Source: Trichoplax sp. H2 (lineage: Eukaryota). From it: DNA of 20,000 nucleotides. Numbering within the stretch: the first letter of the stretch is position 1; every line of letters begins with the position of its first letter. The translations under genes and the position numbers were made by a program. The DNA is taken from contig NOWV01000199.1 of the NCBI GenBank assembly GCA_003344405.1, positions 116,341 through 136,340 of the forward strand. Reading direction: 5' to 3'. Below the pieces are notes generated by a model, which made no database searches, was not told the origin of the DNA, and saw only the letters and a list, made by a program, of their open reading frames with translations. Shown one piece after another: positions 1 to 10,868 of this stretch.

Positions 1-1430
1 TTCGAATGCCTGGAAAATGGCGACGTGTGATGAAATGATCGCTTTTGGTTTCCTTGTCGAGAATGCCGATATGGAATTTCATAATCGTGCATTGATTGTA
101 CGGAAGTCGAAGTCTTTCTGCTTGTTGCTTCATCGCTGTATGGAATATCGTAGATATTTTGACCTTTCCCTGTATCTGGAGAGGATTGTACTGGTAACTT
201 AAATGGTTGACAATTAGGTGAGACTGGCATAGAGTACGGATATTCAGGAGATGTTTCTGTTGGATTTTTGATGGATTCTGTAACATTATGATCTGGCAAA
301 GCCTGTATGACTTTTGGCTTCATAGGTTGACCATTTTCATTAACACGCGGTATTAAATTTAAATATGTTCCACAATTTTTATTAACTCTGGCTAAGTTAG
401 GATTACTACTTAAAGTATTGGTATCGTTAGTTTTCAAATCCGTCGACTGATTATATCTGAAGGAAAGAGGAGAAAATCATTTCATTTCTATACAGTATGA
501 ATTAGTCTCATTTATACACAGTATTAATTAGCCATGGTAGCTAATTAGAGTACTATAGGATAGAATCAATCTAGCGATAGACTATCACTCGCTTATTCTG
601 CCAATTTTAACCTCGATAAAGGTCTATCCAATTACTATCATCAGCTTCTACGCTATGATAAATAATAGTGTATAAGGGATAGAGGAAAATATAATCTTAC
701 TTCTACATAGTATCATTTAGCCCTAATTTAAGTAGAATAGGATCAAACTAGTGCTAGGTTATCACTCGTTTATTCTTCTAATTTTAATCTAGATAAAACT
801 CTATCCATTACTATCATCAGTCTTTACGCAATAATAAATGATAGTATACTATTTCATAGATCTAAAATGATATTAGTAGTCATCTTGAACAGTAATAGCT
901 ACGATTGCTTTACTAAATTACTTTTGAGATACGGCCATAAAGTGAATCAATATAGTCTCAACAGTAGATTGGAAATCACTTTATCGGCTTAGGAAGGTAA
1001 CAAGATTAATGTCCTCAATAATATGATATAAAAAATAAACTTTGTAAATCTTTTCATAACGAAGAAAATTGAAGTGGAATACTTGATCAAATTACCGTTT
1101 CGGTATCATAGTCTAATCTCAACTTTTTCAGTAAATAATGTAATAATAACTTACTACAGCCTCTTCATAAGTGACGAGATAATAAAATATATTTATTAAT
1201 GCATCAAATCTACTTATATCGTGAAAGATGATTAATTTTAACTATATCGTAGCACGAGAGCAAATGGAAATATTGCCTCATCTACTGCAATAGGCTCATT
1301 AATATTCTTTCTCTTACCTTTTTGCAGAATTCTCTATAAATACGTAGTTTTGTAATACAGTAATCCATTTTTCCATAATGTCTAGGGAGCTGCAGCGAAC
1401 TCTTTGGATATGATTGGTTGCTCCTTTCAT
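1..1430 (-). CDS. 3' part of a spliced gene: end of a PH-like domain followed by a Tyr-motif-rich low-complexity tail (possible signalling adaptor); runs off the left edge
   Basis: Exon 1430-1318 (tattag/ ... AAAAG/gtaag) reads MKGATNHIQRVRCSSLDIMEKWITVLQNYVFIENSAK, which resembles the C-terminal PH helix with its Trp. It ends in phase 2 and joins in phase to exon 456-1 (ccttcag/), which is open to the window edge: RYNQSTDLK...GTYLNLIPR...EYPYSMPVSP...NIYDIPYS...HDYEIPYRHS. A second frame of the 1430-1318 exon is also open, so the PH reading is an inference. Confidence 0.6.
460..850. repeat. Diverged direct tandem duplication (2 copies, about 180-210 bp), probably intronic
   Basis: ...tagaatcaatctagcgatagactatcactcgcttattctgccaattttaacctcgataaaggtctatccaattactatcatcagcttctacgctatgataaataatagtg (about 560-670) aligns to taggatcaaactagtgctaggttatcactcgtttattcttctaattttaatctagataaaactctatccattactatcatcagtctttacgcaataataaatgatagta (about 738-846). 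The upstream parts at about 460-560 and 673-737 are also similar. Confidence 0.8.
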
Positions 1431-1839
1431 CTAATATCCATAAAAAGTACTCAATCAATATTCAAATCCGAATTATTTATACTGCAGTTCTATTAATCTT
1501 GAAAACGTGTCGTTGACAAGTTGTTGGACATAATTTGATACAGTAATGTCGGATTATTTAAGTCATATTCAACATCATTTAGGCAGTATTTCCTAGAGAC
1601 TGCAATCAGTACATTGCCTTCCTGGATCATTAAATGTGTTAGTATTATCATTAAAAGTTTATGAGTTAAATTGTACTACTAGTATCTCTAATGATCTGTT
1701 TTATTACGAGCATTTACTGAAACTGCAATAATGAATTATCGTGAAAGCCACAGTGTACAACACTTATAATTTGTCATTAAGTGAACATTTGAACTCCTTG
1801 CGGAGTTGCTAATATATTGCTATTGTACAATGATGGATT

Positions 1840-2140
1840 ACTTTCTTTCCATCATTGAAGAGCTAATTCTTTCTTGGATTTCTCCTTCAATTGATCTAAA
1901 TGAAATTATAAGTACTAAAGAAGAACTAATAAGCCACATATCCTACCGTGGTGTACTTTCTCTCCATCATTTTACAACTGATTCTTTCTCGAGAAAATTA
2001 TAAGCATTAAAGGAGCGACTAATCTATCGCTTATCGTACCGTGATGCATTTTCTTTCCACTAATTATTAAACTTAAATAACTGATTCTCTGTTGGATTGC
2101 TCTTTTCAACTAATTTCGATCTCGATGAAATCGTGAACAC
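1840..2140. repeat. Degenerate tandem repeat (about 2.5-3 partial copies, roughly 100-130 bp)
   Basis: Recurring blocks: aaattataagtactaaagaagaactaataagccacatatcctaccgtggtgtactttctctccatc vs aaattataagcattaaaggagcgactaatctatcgcttatcgtaccgtgatgcattttctttccact; and ctaattctttcttggatttctccttcaatt vs ctgattctctgttggattgctcttttcaact. Confidence 0.65.
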
Positions 2141-2209
2141 TTCCATTCAAGATACATACAAGTATATCTTGTATAAAAGGTGTTGGTAATAATAAACTAA
2201 GATTCTAAC

Positions 2210-4366
2210 CTCAATGCTATTAAAGAATTGAAGTATACTAAGATCGTTTTCATAATGAAACTTGGAGTAGTCTAATGAAAATATCTAATTTTCGATAGAA
2301 AATTAAGCTTATAATTTACATATCGACAATTAAGACATGCTAAAGGAATGGTTATAGTGTTATTAAGCATTTAAATGAAAACATTAACGTTACTTCTATC
2401 CCAAACTACCGTTTCATGTATTAAATCAGAACGTGTACGTCTGTTTTGGTCATTCCTAACAACAGATTCGATGTACTGGTGGAATAGGCAATATCCTCAA
2501 ATATGAAACATATAGGATCTTGGATGTTCTTCTTACCTCTAGGCAAAAAATGCAATCGCCTTGATGTACATTAGCTGTCGTATCCGCTCGGAAAATAGAT
2601 TTAATGTTACTTAATGAAATATCATCCATTTCCTAGACCCAAATTTTATTAGATATGTCAAAAAATTAGAGAAAAAATGACATTAATAGATTTCAATGAA
2701 TGATAAAAAAACTGAAATGCATCTACAGCGTTAAGGTATAGAACAATTCAAGGATCTCATCACTGGAAGCGATCGAACACTCTACTACCTGTCGACAATT
2801 GACAAATGCTATTTGTAAAATACATCTGCAATCTTTTAATTTATTCTTCAATTATAAGGAGGCAAAAGCTATCAATCGATAGGAGAAATGCTATCATGTT
2901 TAATGGAGTTTCACAAGCGATACCTTACGATAAAGTTGTAGTTGAACTTGTTCTTTCAGCTTTGCTAGTGATAATTTACAACGAAATGGAATTTCAAGTG
3001 GCTGGTTATTATTGCTTAAGAATTGAACTGGGCTTTCATAGACGATATCTTCTTTATCGAATGATGGCTGTAAAGGAAGCATAGGACAGTAATCTAAATT
3101 ATTTTCCATGAAATGCTCAGTAGAATTGGATGAGGCACCAGGATTCTCATCTTTAACGTTTGGTTGTGGCTGATTCACGTACGCATGGAATAATTGCAAA
3201 TTATCCGAATTGTTATTATCGTATTTTAAATCAGTTATAAAATTAGTAAATATTTCATTGAACTTGTTCAGATATAGTTGGCATAAGTGAATTAATAAAC
3301 TTCTATCCAGGGATCCAAAAGGTAAATTAGTGGAATCATGGAGTTTGCCTAAAAGTTTTTTAGCGTTAATTGTTGCTTCTTCACTGCAAAGCTGCTGTAA
3401 GGCCTCATTGTTAGGAGCTTCCATGCTATATACAGATGGATTAATTATTACTGCAATTGGGTTTTCTATAATCTTAGAACTTTCCACGAATAGAATTTCA
3501 ATCCTTCCAAGATGCTAAAATTAAAATGAGTAAAAAAATTCTTTATAAGATTATTTATGTGCTATACTTTCTATCTGATTTTAACAGTTTTCATACATTA
3601 TAACCGAGCAATCAAATCTTTGAACTAGTTAATTGCACATGTCAAAGTCTAATAATTCTATCTTATGATGTATAAGTGGAGATTTGCTAATTTAAGTCAA
3701 TGCTATTGCCGGATGCATTGACCGAAACAAGTATCAAACCAATGCTATTAAACAACTAACTCAGTAGAAAGTAGGACTGAATATTTTATTAGCTGTCAAT
3801 ACAAAATACTAAAAATCATCAAGAAGGTGTAATAGGCAAAATAAGCAATTAAAATCTTACCTGTGATTAAAATGGTTAAAGTGCCGATCAAGGCTGCCGT
3901 AGCAAGAAAAGTTTTGAGTGCAAAATGGACAAGTATGAGTTTGATAGATTTTAGATGATTTACCTTTTATTTTTCCTGTCCGTTTATTAAATAATATTAT
4001 TCTCGCTCATCGATTTGGAATCAACATCGTTGCTGTGTAAGCATTTGTAAATATTTTTCTTGATAGATAACCGTCATATATAACGATATTAGTATTTAGG
4101 CGAAGTTTCAACGAGTCAAATATAGTCGACTAAATTCGAATAATATTGATTGCAATACGATAAGCTATATTAAGCCATGGTGGATAAATTACAGTCATTT
4201 TAGATCATGTATGTATGGATACGTCATATTTCATCGATGATCGATTACCTTTTCGATCATGTAACTGAAATCTGTTTTTAGATAAATCAAAGCAAGTATT
4301 AAGGTTAATATATGGTAGAATGCAAGGATTAGTGATTCTTGGCAGGTTGACTGTAGATTTATTCAT
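2210..4366 (-). CDS. Multi-exon gene for an uncharacterised protein with an N-terminal C2H2-like zinc finger and a possible ubiquitin-like segment; may be the 5' part of the gene at 1-1430
   Basis: Proposed exons: 4366-4249 (MNKSTVNLPR...HDRK, phase 1), 3975-3861 (GKIKGKSSKIYQTHTCPFCTQNFSCYGSLDRHFNHFNH, C-x2-C-x12-H-x5-H), 3425 (or 3514)-2924 (covers most of the 195-aa ORF), 2845-2789 (NKLKDCRCILQIAFVNCRQ), 2632-2537 (EMDDISLSNIK...CIFCLE), 2475-2394 and 2271-2210. All have GT/AG ends, and phases are consistent if the 3425 acceptor is used. The acceptor of the large exon and the link to the downstream exons are ambiguous. Confidence 0.55.
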
Positions 4367-5356
4367 GTCACAGAAAGGACTTGTGAATTCGTGCTATTTA
4401 TTCATTCAGAAATTGCAGATTCCACTATAAATCACTGTTTATTTTGATGCTTTTTATTCTATCGATTCAATCAATATACATTTCTATGAACGTATAACGA
4501 AATAGAGATATTCGACGTAATACTACAGTCTATTAAAATTACTAGCTTTAGTTAATCTAAACACAGCCTTGCAAGTGAAACGTTGTTACAATAACTTTTA
4601 AAGTTTATACAGCGTTACACTGATGTCGTCTTGATAACTATAAATTAGTAGGCAATTAAAAATTACAAGTTAATTTGTTGGTGAATACTTTGCAATGGAG
4701 AATGTTAAGAAGTGTATTTTGCTAAATATTGGACATTACATTCTAAAGGCAGTAAAAATATTCATGTCATCGTGACAGTTACAGGCTGTAGTAGTAATTT
4801 AGTGCCTATACCGACGATCCGATATGTTCATTCGTGAGGTTTTACCAAATTATTAACAACATACAAGACTGCATAGTCGTATAATATACAGTATTAACTT
4901 TTCAATTTTAATTTTAAGATACCTTACGACGATAAAAACTGCTGTTTTTAAATTTTAGCGGGTTGTGAGGTCATGTTACGCACTGATGGCGAATGAAATT
5001 ATCGCTACCTTTACAGTAATAATTACATCATATGCACACGTACGTAATTATGGGATATATGAATGTGCATAAGTATACACATGTTATTCTATGTTGTACA
5101 GTACTAGAATATTTACATAATCGTAATACTGTGTCAAAGCATCAAAGTTATCACAAAATAAAGAACTTGTACAGAATAGTACAACAGAGCAATAAATGTG
5201 ACATAGCGGTTAACGAAATAGTTTTATGCTCATAGGCAAGTAAATAGGCATTTTGTAATGGCATGGTAAGGATATTTTTTTGCAACTATACATTAGATTA
5301 TTAATAGCAGGCTTTTGATCGTTATCAACACGAGACTTTACATAGATTGGCCATGG

Positions 5357-8300
5357 TTACAGGACCAAGTATAGAAAATCACATTCCTATAAATGAAAAT
5401 TAATATCGACGATCAGGATAGTTTTATACCATATTTTTATACTAGTCCTGCAAATAGCCTTATACAAATGTAGCTTGATGAAAGGATCCAATAATAATAC
5501 TTACATTACAAGTTAATAATAGATTGTTGGATTTACATGTCGGTATTTTTACTTCGGACATGGTAGGTTTTGCAAAACAAGATTTACTGCAATAGAAATG
5601 ATAGAATAAATTTAACAATAATGAACTTTCTATTTTATTACTTAAAATGTCTAATGTCCATTAATGATCAAGCATGACAATTTCGAAATGAGACTTACTT
5701 GTGCATATTAAAAGCATCTTCAATTTGTTTTTTAACGTAATCCAAGGTAATACCATCAAACTGTATATGATTCATAACGTTTCATTCAATGAAAAGTTTT
5801 AACTCCTTTATAGCTATACAGTCTTATTGCTCAATTTAATAAAAACGCTTACACTACCTCGGTATCTAATCGAAGGCCACAGCTGCAAAAGATAATGTGT
5901 TTATTTTGCAATAGTGGTGATCTAAAGAAATGATATGACATGATATTACTGATAGGATATTCAATACGGCCTCGTGTGCGATTGATTATACGTGTCCATC
6001 AGCAGTCATCACGGCGATATAAAATCAATATGACTCCTACCTTAAACAGACTGGGCAAATAATTTCGTTCCCTTCCATTCTTTCAATTACAGCTGATAGG
6101 GAAGTCATATCGAATTTGAAATAATCATCTACCACAGATTGTAAGAGCTTTCTCTCTGTCATGTCCAAATAAATCAAATCAAATAGTAATAATTTAGAGG
6201 TTAGTTGTCCAAAGTCATCATCGTCGTGAGAGAGTCAAATAAGGAATCCTACTTTATTGTCATACTAAGAATGGCATCATGACGGTGTAAGCAAAAACTA
6301 GTGATGATTGTTTATTTTATATCAAACCTTCTTTAATTAATTCTTCTTCCATTTCTTCCAAAACTGATAAGACATGCTCAACTTTATCAAAATTTTCTTG
6401 CTTTTGAGTCTAAAATATTATCAAGGCAAAAGACGGTTAAAACGTTATAGAGATTTATTTCTAGCGGCAATTGAATTGGTCTGCGAATGTATTCTATAAG
6501 ATATAATGATGGATACAGTAAAGGGTTCTATTGTATATCATGATTACGAAAAGTGCCTCTTACGTATGGTATAGGGGCAGTATTTCTGAGCACGAGTGAA
6601 GGCAATTTGTTGTCTTCTTTCTTGATTTTTTCCCATTCTTGATACATTACATCTTCGACTAACGATTGGCATGAATCAATATATGTATTCTTGAAATTTT
6701 CTGACTTTGAGCGTAATTCATTTATTGCTTTATGCCGACTTTCTTTCAATCGATCACGACAACGCTAGAATGATAAAACAAGTCCAATTTAGATATGTTT
6801 CGAAAGAAGGAAATGAGTTTATTGAATAAGATTATTAAAAGAATACAACTAGAATCAAAGGGAACGGGGGAGTTGGTCGATGTTGTCATGATCAATTTTA
6901 GGCCGCACCATACTGTTATTAAGGCAAACATTATCAGCAATTCATTCGATTCTGGTCAATTTCTTATAGCATTTTATGATGGATGAACATTAATTGGTAC
7001 TATTGTTGGAATCTTAGCTATAACTTTTTTGACTGGGAGAGAAAAATATTGTCTCCACCCTCCGATTTTTTTTACAATTGGGTTGCTTTACTTCCATCAA
7101 TGGATGGCGTAGTGATTTCTCGCCAATGACTTGTTTAACATGATGTAGTGTACGTGTGCAAATTAAAAGTATATTATTTTAAGGAAACCAAGATAGTAGT
7201 GAGATTAGCCCATGTGTATCGTCTATCGTTCCTATTTTAAAGTTTTGTTAAGGTTTCGTTGCGACGTGTACAAATTAAAAGTAATTTATTTGAAGGAAAC
7301 CAAGATAGTAGTGAGATTAGCCCATGTGTATCGTCTATCGTTCATATTTTAAATTTTTTTGAAGGTAACCAACATAGTAGGGAGATTAGCCTATGTGTAT
7401 CGTCGATTATTCCTATTTTAAAGTTTTGTAAGGTTTCGTTGCGACGTGTACAAATTAAAAGTATTTTATTTTTATTATTAAGGAAACCAAGATAGTAGTG
7501 AGATTAACCCATGCGTATCGTCCATTATTCCTATTTTAAAGTTTTTCTTAAGGTTTCGTTGCAACAATGCAATCGGGCATGTATGTTCCCTAATACTATC
7601 AACGAACTCAACCAAAAGACCAAAGAATGGATGATTCTTTGGCAGATTTGGACTGCTGTTGTATTCTTTGAATTACAAATATCAATCCACGAGAAGGTAG
7701 TCTAAGTTAGCCGTGTACTTGCATGATCAACTCGAGTAATTGAATTAAAATGGACTTGTATTAATTATTCAAGTCTTTTAGTCTTGATAACACTCATTTT
7801 CAATATCATGTAGTCTGTGTTAAGACAACATGATAAGATATGAATTTTATTTCTCCCCTTCTTACCATAACCTATGGCATTGAGTCATTTCTATATTGGC
7901 TGTTTTTGTCGTAGGTTTTTTTTTTTCAATTTCAATCGATCATCGCGATCAAACTGTGTCAGTAGAACATCAGTCAGAAGACGTTGCTTGATCGCTACGC
8001 TAATCTATACTTCCGCCCTCAAGAATACAGCCATTCTGACAGTTGATGATGGCTGCACCATGCGCAATTTTCCATTGATAACATCTCCATTTCATAGAGT
8101 AGGCTATAATCTTGATCAATGGATGTTTTTTTCATCCATTATGCAAAAGATGGGAGTGTAGAGATGAGGACATGATGCTAATACAATATCAATGATGGCG
8201 ACTATACAATGCCTTGTGTACGGGATATATTGTAGAAGTTTTGTTGATGCGGAACATACTTCCACTTTGATCTGTTAGTCTATTTTTTGCCCCATTTTTC

Positions 8301-9188
8301 CATACAAATCAATCCAGCGTAATGTACTTTCTATTTTTTTGTCGCCGTCGTCGTTCAAAATTACCAGCAAGCTTAGCGATTTATTCATAAAAAAAAAGGG
8401 ATTTGGGGGAAAAATTCTCAATTCATTCATGTTACCATAGGTACTATGGTATCGTCGAGAGTCTTTCACTGGCCGGAGTGTAGTACAGGATTTCAGGTGG
8501 TTCGAGTAATCGGTCAGTAAGGATCGAGTCGATGATCTGGTTGAAAAATATCCAAAATAGTGGCAAGAATATCAAAGGGAAAAGCTATTTTTCAACATAG
8601 AATCATCTGTCAGGCAATCCTCGATTGAGCAAGACGGATGTTTCTCTATCGCATCGATAGGAGAGAAAGGAAGATGCAGTCGAGTAAAGAGAGACCATTG
8701 ACTAGCCAAGCTAAATGATTCAACATTATGAATGAATGTTTTATCTTGGTAGCTCATCATCGTTGGATGATGACTTGTATCGTAGAGGATATTCATGTCC
8801 TAGGGGATTCACGAGGTGTTTGATGGCTCCAACTGGAGGATAGTTCATCGCTCCTCTATCCTTGTCCTGTCAAAACTTTCAAAGTAAGGGCAAGCGGCTA
8901 TGGGAACGGACATTTTGAATGAATGATCGAAGTGGGTAGCGTCTTCAAAGCAAGATCGCTAGCCCTTGGGCGATACTCTCTCAACAATTTCCCTGACACT
9001 ACCTTAAGCAAGTAAGAGGATGTGGACGTTGGTATTGGACTGCTACGATTGCAAGTCCATGGGAAAAGAAACAACAGCCATTAATCGTCTGATGACTAGC
9101 TTTGCTACTTGCTACTTACCGATCGAAATATTTCGCGCCACGAGGCTCTTTTCTTGACTCCTTGACGATGAGTAGTTGCCATTTGCAT
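5357..9188 (-). CDS. RPAIN: RPA-interacting protein (RIP/RPAIN), 8 coding exons, 234 aa
   Basis: Exons 9188-9120, 6764-6564, 6409-6328, 6155-6041, 5921-5858, 5760-5699, 5586-5505 and 5386-5357 total 705 nt; all introns are GT-AG and phases are consistent. Protein: MQMATTHRQGVKKRASWREIFRS|RCRDRLKESRHKAINELR...LVEDVMYQEWEKIK...|...VLEEMEEELIKE|ERKLL...IICPVCLR|SPLLQNKHIIFCSCGLRLDTE|FDGITLDYVKKQIEDAFNMH|NKSCFAKP...LLLTCN|ECDFLYLVL*. This matches the recalled RPAIN layout: basic N-terminus (W-x-E-x-F-R-x-R-C), acidic middle (VMxxEW) and C-terminal zinc-binding CPVC/CxCG/H-x3-C/CxxCD motifs. Confidence 0.9.
7152..7563. repeat. Tandem repeat with a ~112-bp unit (4 copies, one internally deleted) inside RPAIN intron 1
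   Basis: Unit approximately acgtgtacaaattaaaagtatattattttaaggaaaccaagatagtagtgagattagcccatgtgtatcgtctatcgttcctattttaaagttttgttaaggtttcgttgcg. The aagg(a/t)aacc core starts at 7181, 7293, 7362 and 7480 (spacings 112, 69, 118). Confidence 0.95.
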
Positions 9189-10868
9189 GATGAATTGACG
9201 ACGATGAGATGGCTTTCAGACATACACGATCTGCCTAGCTCAGGTCCAAAGTGGAGAATGTTCCCAAGGCAATAGGCCAAGACCAATCAATTATTGTTAA
9301 TGGAGGAAAAAGAAATGCCACCGTTGCCAACTACAAGTAGATCCAAGATGGAGTGCTTGCAAATGGGGGATTGTCCACCGCCCGCAAGAACTGGAGTGTG
9401 TCTCGCCACTGCGCTTGCTCGTAGTGTCATTGTCATTGAATGAGCCCTTTAATGGATTGAGCCGGCGCATACGGTCGCTTGAAAGCGGTTGAAGCTATAG
9501 GGGCTGTTGACGTGTCCGGAGGCTTCCCTCTCTACAGTCCCTACACTGTCACTCCACTGTACTGTACACTGTACACTGTACAGTGTTGGGGTATTATCAT
9601 ACAGTACCTCAAGGTGGGTGAACAAAGACTCATACATATGAAAGAAAAACCTTTTTCCTTATACTGAAGCTGTATGGAAAAACAACTCATGGTACAGTAT
9701 ACTGTACGACATTGGACTGGGATTGGTCACGACCCTTGACTATGACATCATTTTGCATTGCCAGGCAAAAACAAAAAAAATGGATGCCATGACAGTATGA
9801 TTAGCAACTGCTGGAAAGAAAGAATCATCATAGAATAGAAGGCATATTTTTCTGTTTTGTTGGGGGGGGGAACCACATTTTACATCCATTCTTGCTGTCA
9901 CTTGTCTATATCATTATTGAATAGTCGATGCACGCTTCCGTATGGTGACCCAAAATGAAAGCAGGACAGTCATGCAGTCCATGGATTACAGCAAACTTTC
10001 ATTGCAGGACTGTCACTAGCTTGGACTAACTAGCAAAAGAAACGGATATCGTAACTGTACTGTTCTTGGTCAGTCCATGATATCACTTTGGCCAGCCACA
10101 TCAACTGTTCGACGTGATACAGATACTTTGAGTTAGTCGTGTGCAGAAAAGTGTTTGCTTTAACCTCTTTTCTCCACACGACCGTACACTCGTACAGTCC
10201 TTTACGATATCCAAGACGAGTTATCCATGTCATACATCATAAAGGTATGGAACCGCACCGAACCTTGCTCAGGTCTAGATAGACCAGTTCTGTTCCTACT
10301 CGTCTCTCTTTTAGAATAAGCCAAATCAAAATCGTAATCGTTTTCACAGTCTCAAGATGATTTTCAATCAGTGAGTTTGCCATCAGGGAACAGCCATTAG
10401 GGGTATAAGACTCTTCCACGAGTCATGCGCAGAAAAGCCTTTGGGCTTGGAACTCGTTCCTACGTCAGTCCAGTACTTTTCTGCACACGACCCGTACAGT
10501 GTACAGTGCACAGTTCGTCCTTGGCAGTCAAGTGTGTACTGTAGAATTTCTTTCTCCAGAAATCGGTGCATACTTTTATTTGGATTTTTGCGGCAAAATT
10601 AGCCCAATTTGAAACGTATAGAAAGAGGAAGGTCTAGTCAATTTGTTCAATGCTATCGATTGATTCCAAAAATTCCATCAAATCCATCAATTTGGGGCAC
10701 TTGATTTCATTTTAAAAAATCCAAATAGAATTTCTACACGCTGTACTCTACAGTACACGACACGACAGCACAGACGACAGACTGTAGCCGTCCAGGCTAC
10801 CGTACCGTCCAGCAACTCCTCATTCTATTGACCACCATCCCGATGGAAATGAACAACCACAAGTTAGA
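9189..10868. promoter_or_regulatory. Head-to-head promoter/5'UTR region shared by RPAIN and CASP, GC-richer than its flanks, with TACAGT/ACTGTA clusters
   Basis: Lies between the RPAIN ATG (9188, minus) and the CASP ATG (10869, plus). Motif clusters at about 9533-9707 and 10495-10786; no credible coding exons found. Confidence 0.6.

Noticed and set aside
17..3518. Plus-strand ORFs 17-202, 1806-2003, 2806-3084 and 3330-3518
   Set aside because: They are antisense shadows of minus-strand exons or lie in a repeat, and show no recognisable protein features.
5430..5450. Alternative RPAIN last-exon acceptor (ttgcag/GAC TAG)
   Set aside because: It stops immediately and loses the last Cys of the CxxC motif; the 5386 acceptor gives ECDFLYLVL*, which fits the family.
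7152..7563. CRISPR-like array, or coding ORFs 7259-7495 and 7511-7705
   Set aside because: Whole units repeat with no unique spacers, no cas genes are present and the context is a eukaryotic intron; the ORFs are translations of the repeat.
7874..8796. Nested gene in RPAIN intron 1 (ORFs 7874-8161, 8275-8469, 8572-8796)
   Set aside because: No recognisable motifs and no consistent exon chain could be built; cannot be fully excluded without RNA data.
9441..9530. GC-rich hairpins (ggtcgct-tgaa-agcggtt) as a possible snRNA or other ncRNA
   Set aside because: No match to snRNA, SRP, RNase P/MRP, U3 or telomerase-template motifs that I know; the stems depend on G-U pairs.
9449..10571. Short ORFs in the RPAIN-CASP intergenic region
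   Set aside because: They are 60-67 aa, several run through the TACAGT repeats, and none resembles a protein I know.
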